DNA of 64,000 nt from positions 56,172,001-56,236,000 of the forward strand of contig NC_042997.1 in the NCBI RefSeq assembly GCF_006345805.1, in the 5' to 3' direction. Numbering within the stretch: position 1 is the first letter of the stretch; the number at the start of each line of letters is the position of its first letter. A program made the translations under genes and the position numbers. Below the pieces are notes generated by a model. It did no database searches, was not told the DNA's origin, and saw nothing but the letters and a program-made list of their open reading frames with translations. This DNA is from Octopus sinensis (Eukaryota). Positions 59,666 to 64,000 of the stretch are shown piece after piece.

Positions 59666-62346
59666 AAATTGTATATTTTCATGTCAGTGACATTACAGCT
59701 CTTGTAGCATATTCATCTTCATTATCTATATTGCCAACATCATCTTCATTACATTGTTATCATTCTGAACATGAGCAACAATTACAACAAAAAAATATTC
59801 ATTAGAAAACAATGACTCAAGTAACAATTTATTGAAATAACTGCTTTTTGTGAGAAACTGAAACCAATTTTGAAGTTAATAGTCATATATTAAGCAATTA
59901 CCAATATAAAAAAAAAATATTGATCTAGTCTTAATAAAAGATGGAATGATCACAGCTGGAATACTTTTGATCAGTCAAGGCTGACCTGGGGCTAAAAAAT
60001 AACAACGACAACATTGGCCCCTGAAAACAAGCATAGATTCTCTCCTGTTTTTCTTCTTCCTTTTGCATCATAAAACTGTTACCATATTATTCAACAATGA
60101 TTTCCTAATGTGAAATAACTACTTATTTTTTATCTGTGATACTGTGAAGTCCAAAAAAAAAATTATTTGTCAAGTCTTTTTTTTTTTCAGCTGCTACCTG
60201 AATATTTTATTTGCAATTTATAATCCTTTGTTGATTGAAAAAACATCTTTCCTGGAAATCTTTTATATTTTCATCCCTTTAATCTGCTTGTAAATATAAC
60301 TTAAAGCTTGATTTTTGAAAATAACTTGGTTTACTCTCATATTATTGAGACATAAATGAGGTGGTTACAAACTCTTGTAAATTAGAACAAAATCACAAAG
60401 TTCTAATCCTTTCCACCAAAATGAAACTGGGTTAAATAAACATTGACTAAAGTTTTACTGTCAAATATTAATTGGAACAATACTGTTAATCTGAGAAACC
60501 TTCACTAAACCTTTCTATCACACACACACACACACACACTCTCTCTCTCTCTCTTTCTCTCTATCTATCCATCTCACATATACACACTTACAGGGATGTG
60601 ATGTATATTCATCATAGTGTGAATAAGAAGCAAATTATGTTTCTCTGCACATGCACATACACACACTAGAATTTTCAATGTGTAAACAATCATACTTTGT
60701 TGGTGTTTTCTTGGACCTGTTGTAAAAGTTAAACTATGATTACTTGAGCAATGTACATTCCATGTCTTTGACAACCTTGCCAATATTTCTATTCTTTGCC
60801 CTATTAATGTTAATCATTTAAAATCAAATATTGTCATCTACAATGGAAAAGGATTCTGGCCCAGTTATTGTGTCAACAGATAAGAAAGCCTGTATTTGAT
60901 AAGATTACAAAGGGAATGTTTTTAGATCATTCTTTGTTCATACCAGCATTCTCAGACAGAAGTAGCCTGTTAGGAAAATGGCTTTGTACTTAACAACAGT
61001 TAGGAAATATTTTGTAAAATATTCCAAGAAAATTATAATTGTCACACATCTTCAAAACAAGTATTTATTAAGGAAACAAAATTGAAATTGGTTAACATGA
61101 TTCCACATATCATTTTCTTTAGGATTTTCTAAATCATGTATATTTGGGAAGAAAGGAATTAATATGAACAAAAAATTGTTTATGAAAGATTAAAGTCTAG
61201 ATCCTAGAGAAAACCAGTTGATGTATTATTTGATATAAAACAAAAACACTTATTGTTTGCTTCAAAATCAAATAGTTTCCTATCTATATGTTTATTTATG
61301 ACTTGAGTTTAATCAACCTTGAAACAATTTTGTGTTATTCTATGAGAAAATAATGTTTAGCAATCATTCATTTTCTAAAACGTCTTTTTCTTAATAATAA
61401 ATGAAACTAGTTTCTTTTATTGTTTTTGATTTGTGAGAAATGGTCTGTACCTGGCTTACTTTCTGAGTGTCATTGTGGAATTCTGTGTGTGCTCTTTTAG
61501 AAATAGTTAAATGTTTTCAAATCTTTTAGATAATAATTATTGTGTAGATTATCCATCACGTTGATATTTCAAATGTGAACAAAATTATTCCCTTTGAAGT
61601 TTATTTTTAAAGTGATTTTTTTTTAATGTTAAAGCTTGTCACAAAATATATTTTAGAAATATGTTTACAAGCTAAAAAAAAATTTTTAAAGAAGTCGCCC
61701 AACCCCACCCAAGTCTGACAACTTTCATAGTCCAGATTTTTTTTTCAAACACCAAATTTTGTCCCTCAAGCTGAGGATATCTTTTTAATGTCAGTGTGCT
61801 GCAAGTGGCTGCTATTCAAACCTGTGCTCTTTGAAACCTGCTGGCAATATGCTGCCTAAGCCATATTTTATTTAACCAGTTCTTTTAGCATCTACATCAT
61901 CTATCTTACACCTCACTTCAAACCTTCGACTCTACTTTTTATTTTTATTATAATTGTAAATACATCTAGTTATTAGATGTATGGGTGTATATGTGTATAT
62001 AATTCACCATCTTAAATGCTAGTATGTCTATGTCCACATCTATATTTAGATGTACATGTGTATGTTTATTCATCTGTTGGTTTTATCCCACCAACTAACC
62101 ACTGTCCAAACAGACCAGACATATCTAAATGGTTTAAATTCCTTGACTGGACATGTCCACAAGGGGCAAATATATCTGCCCTGGCCTTGTTCTTCACAAA
62201 AGTCAAAGTCTACTCTGTAGTTTCTGTTGCTGTTATTACAGTACTATGATATGACACAATGCCTGTACAGAATGATCTAGGTCTATAATTTGTCTGCTGA
62301 TTGAATGAAAGTGTTCTGGTGTTTACTCAAACATCAAATGTATTCA

Positions 62347-62385
62347 AATAAAATGATGAAATAAATTGTGTTTTTTTTTTTTATT
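62347..62385 (+). terminator. Candidate polyadenylation site, implying a 3' UTR of about 2.7 kb from 59666
   Basis: Two AATAAA (62347-62352 and 62360-62365) immediately followed by TTGTG and a T-run, resembling a GU/U-rich downstream element. Other AATAAA-like sites exist upstream, so the assignment is tentative. Confidence 0.45.
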
Positions 62386-63618
62386 TTATATTTTGCACTC
62401 TGGGAAGTTTGTGAATCCAAAATTATGAGATCCTGTTGATAGAAAAATTTAGTTAGCAGAACTTAAATCTAGTTGTCAAAAATTGTGAAAACAAAATGCT
62501 TCAACATAATTTTTTTTCCAGATATTCACTGTTTATAGGGTAATAGTAGAGAGGACGGGTTATAGAACAGCAGTTAACATGTTTGTTTACAAATGTGCAG
62601 TGTGAAGAAATAATTCATTAACAAAACAAAGAAGAACTTTCAGATAAAAATATTAACTCCTTGACTATATTTTAAATTAATTTTGATTGAATTATTCTTT
62701 GATAGTTTTAGTTTTGATGAAGTTTTGTCTAACATCTAATAATGAGTATACATGATGAAGGATTAATAATATTCCATCATAAATCTGACCATAATGCATT
62801 AAATCCTAACCCTGTCAATATCAATACCTATTCAGCTACTTCTCATTTTGCTTTGAGGACTTACATCATCATCTTGCACTGAACTCTTCCTAGCACTTTC
62901 AATTGTTCTTGTTCTGGTTCTTCTGACACAGAGGTTGAAACCTTTCCATCTTAAACTATCTAGATCCTTTATTCTATTTACCTTTCCATATTTGTTACCA
63001 ATATAGTGGTTCTCTTAAACACCTTCCACACTTTTCTTACCTGCAAACCTAACCATTATTTTGCTGTTCCAGTCTTTACATCCTTAGAATTGTTCAAACT
63101 TTACCTAATCATGTTTTCCTGTACTACATCATGCCTCTGCCTCTCTGAACATTCTAGTACTTTAAGCAGAATGGTATAAGATGTAGATGTTTTGGTGTGG
63201 TTGTTTTTAGCAATGACCTTTTTGACAATGGACAACTTTGAGCTAAAGGCATAAAGAAAGAGAGAGATGCATTGACATGGAAAATAGTTAAAATATGGTG
63301 TTTCCTCCCTTAAGATTTTTGATATATCAAAAGAAATGTAACTTTATTTAGTTTTCCATTTGATTGTTTTCATGGTGGATGATGCCCCAAAACAAAATTT
63401 TCAAGAGTACAATGTTTCAATGCTGAAATGGTTGATACCAAATGAGTTTAAGCTTAATTAGCAGCACTGAACCTTAATTGAAGTCAACTAATTGGGCAAC
63501 AATTCAACAAATACCTACAACAATTCTACACTGAAATACTTGACAGCAATTGTATTCCAACTCCAATTCATCCAAGATAGCTAAGCAAATGACTGTAACA
63601 ATATTCTGCAATGTTTAA

Positions 63619-64000
63619 GGTGGCAAGCTGGCAGAAACGTTAGCACGTCGGGCGAAATGGTTAGCGGTATTTCACCTGTCTTTATGTTCTGAGTTCACAT
63701 TTCGCTGAAGTCAACTTTGCCTTTCATCCTTTCATCATCATCATCATCATCATTTAGCGTCCGCTTTCCATGCTAGCATGGGTTGGACGGGTCAACTGGG
63801 GTCTGTGAAGCTGGAAGGCTTCGTCAGGCCCAGTCAGATCTGGCAGTGTTTCTACGGCTGGATGCCCTTCCTAACGCCAACCACTCCGCGAGTGTAGTGG
63901 GTGTTTTTTACGTGCCACCTGCACAGGTGCCAGACAGAGCTGGCGAACGGCCACGAACGGACGGTGCTTTGGGTCGATAAATTAAGATCGACCCCAGTTG
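63619..64000 (+). mobile_element. SINE B interrupted by a family C insertion
   Basis: SINE B runs to CATCCTTTC (63733) and resumes at GGGTCGATAAATTAAG (63971). Confidence 0.82.
63734..63970 (-). mobile_element. Family C (RTE-associated) young copy nested in SINE B
   Basis: (ATC)n tail at 63734, CpG-rich body matching the 32192 and 35130 copies, truncated within the first internal repeat. Confidence 0.82.

Noticed and set aside
60289-62001. Three Pumilio-type TGTANATA motifs in the putative 3' UTR (60289, 61955, 61994)
   Set aside because: Too few to distinguish from chance in such AT-rich sequence without conservation data.
62800-63170. Purine-rich minus-strand stretch faintly resembling a LINE endonuclease region
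   Set aside because: Too degenerate to assign by eye. It would need a profile-HMM hit.

Overview
AT-rich, microsatellite-dense eukaryotic DNA. The SINE, RTE and mariner repeat spectrum and gene architecture look cephalopod (Octopus-like); this is inferred, not proven. The window holds the 3' part of one large + strand gene, a ZNF423/ZNF521 (Oaz/Zfp423)-family multi-C2H2 transcription factor. Five GT-AG-bounded coding exons join in one frame: 36798-37054, 47275-47414, 49530-52702, 58108-58247 (absent from the ORF track) and 59360-59665. That is about 1338 codons and 32 finger motifs by my count, one of them atypical. The true N-terminus was not found. A 3' UTR probably runs to about 62385. The rest is intronic or flanking DNA filled with tRNA-derived SINEs (three families, A, B and D), RTE and CR1 LINE 3' ends, two decayed mariners, hAT- and piggyBac-type MITEs, foldback palindromes and (TA)n/(TG)n/(CT)n tracts. 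Most notable: a hidden extra-finger exon and a C-terminus extended beyond the vertebrate end; a retroelement-like triple C2H2 fragment in the same orientation upstream of the first visible exon; a mariner derivative with two outward-facing 3' ends; and many inverted repeats that could form ADAR substrates. No rRNA, true tRNA or CRISPR features were seen.
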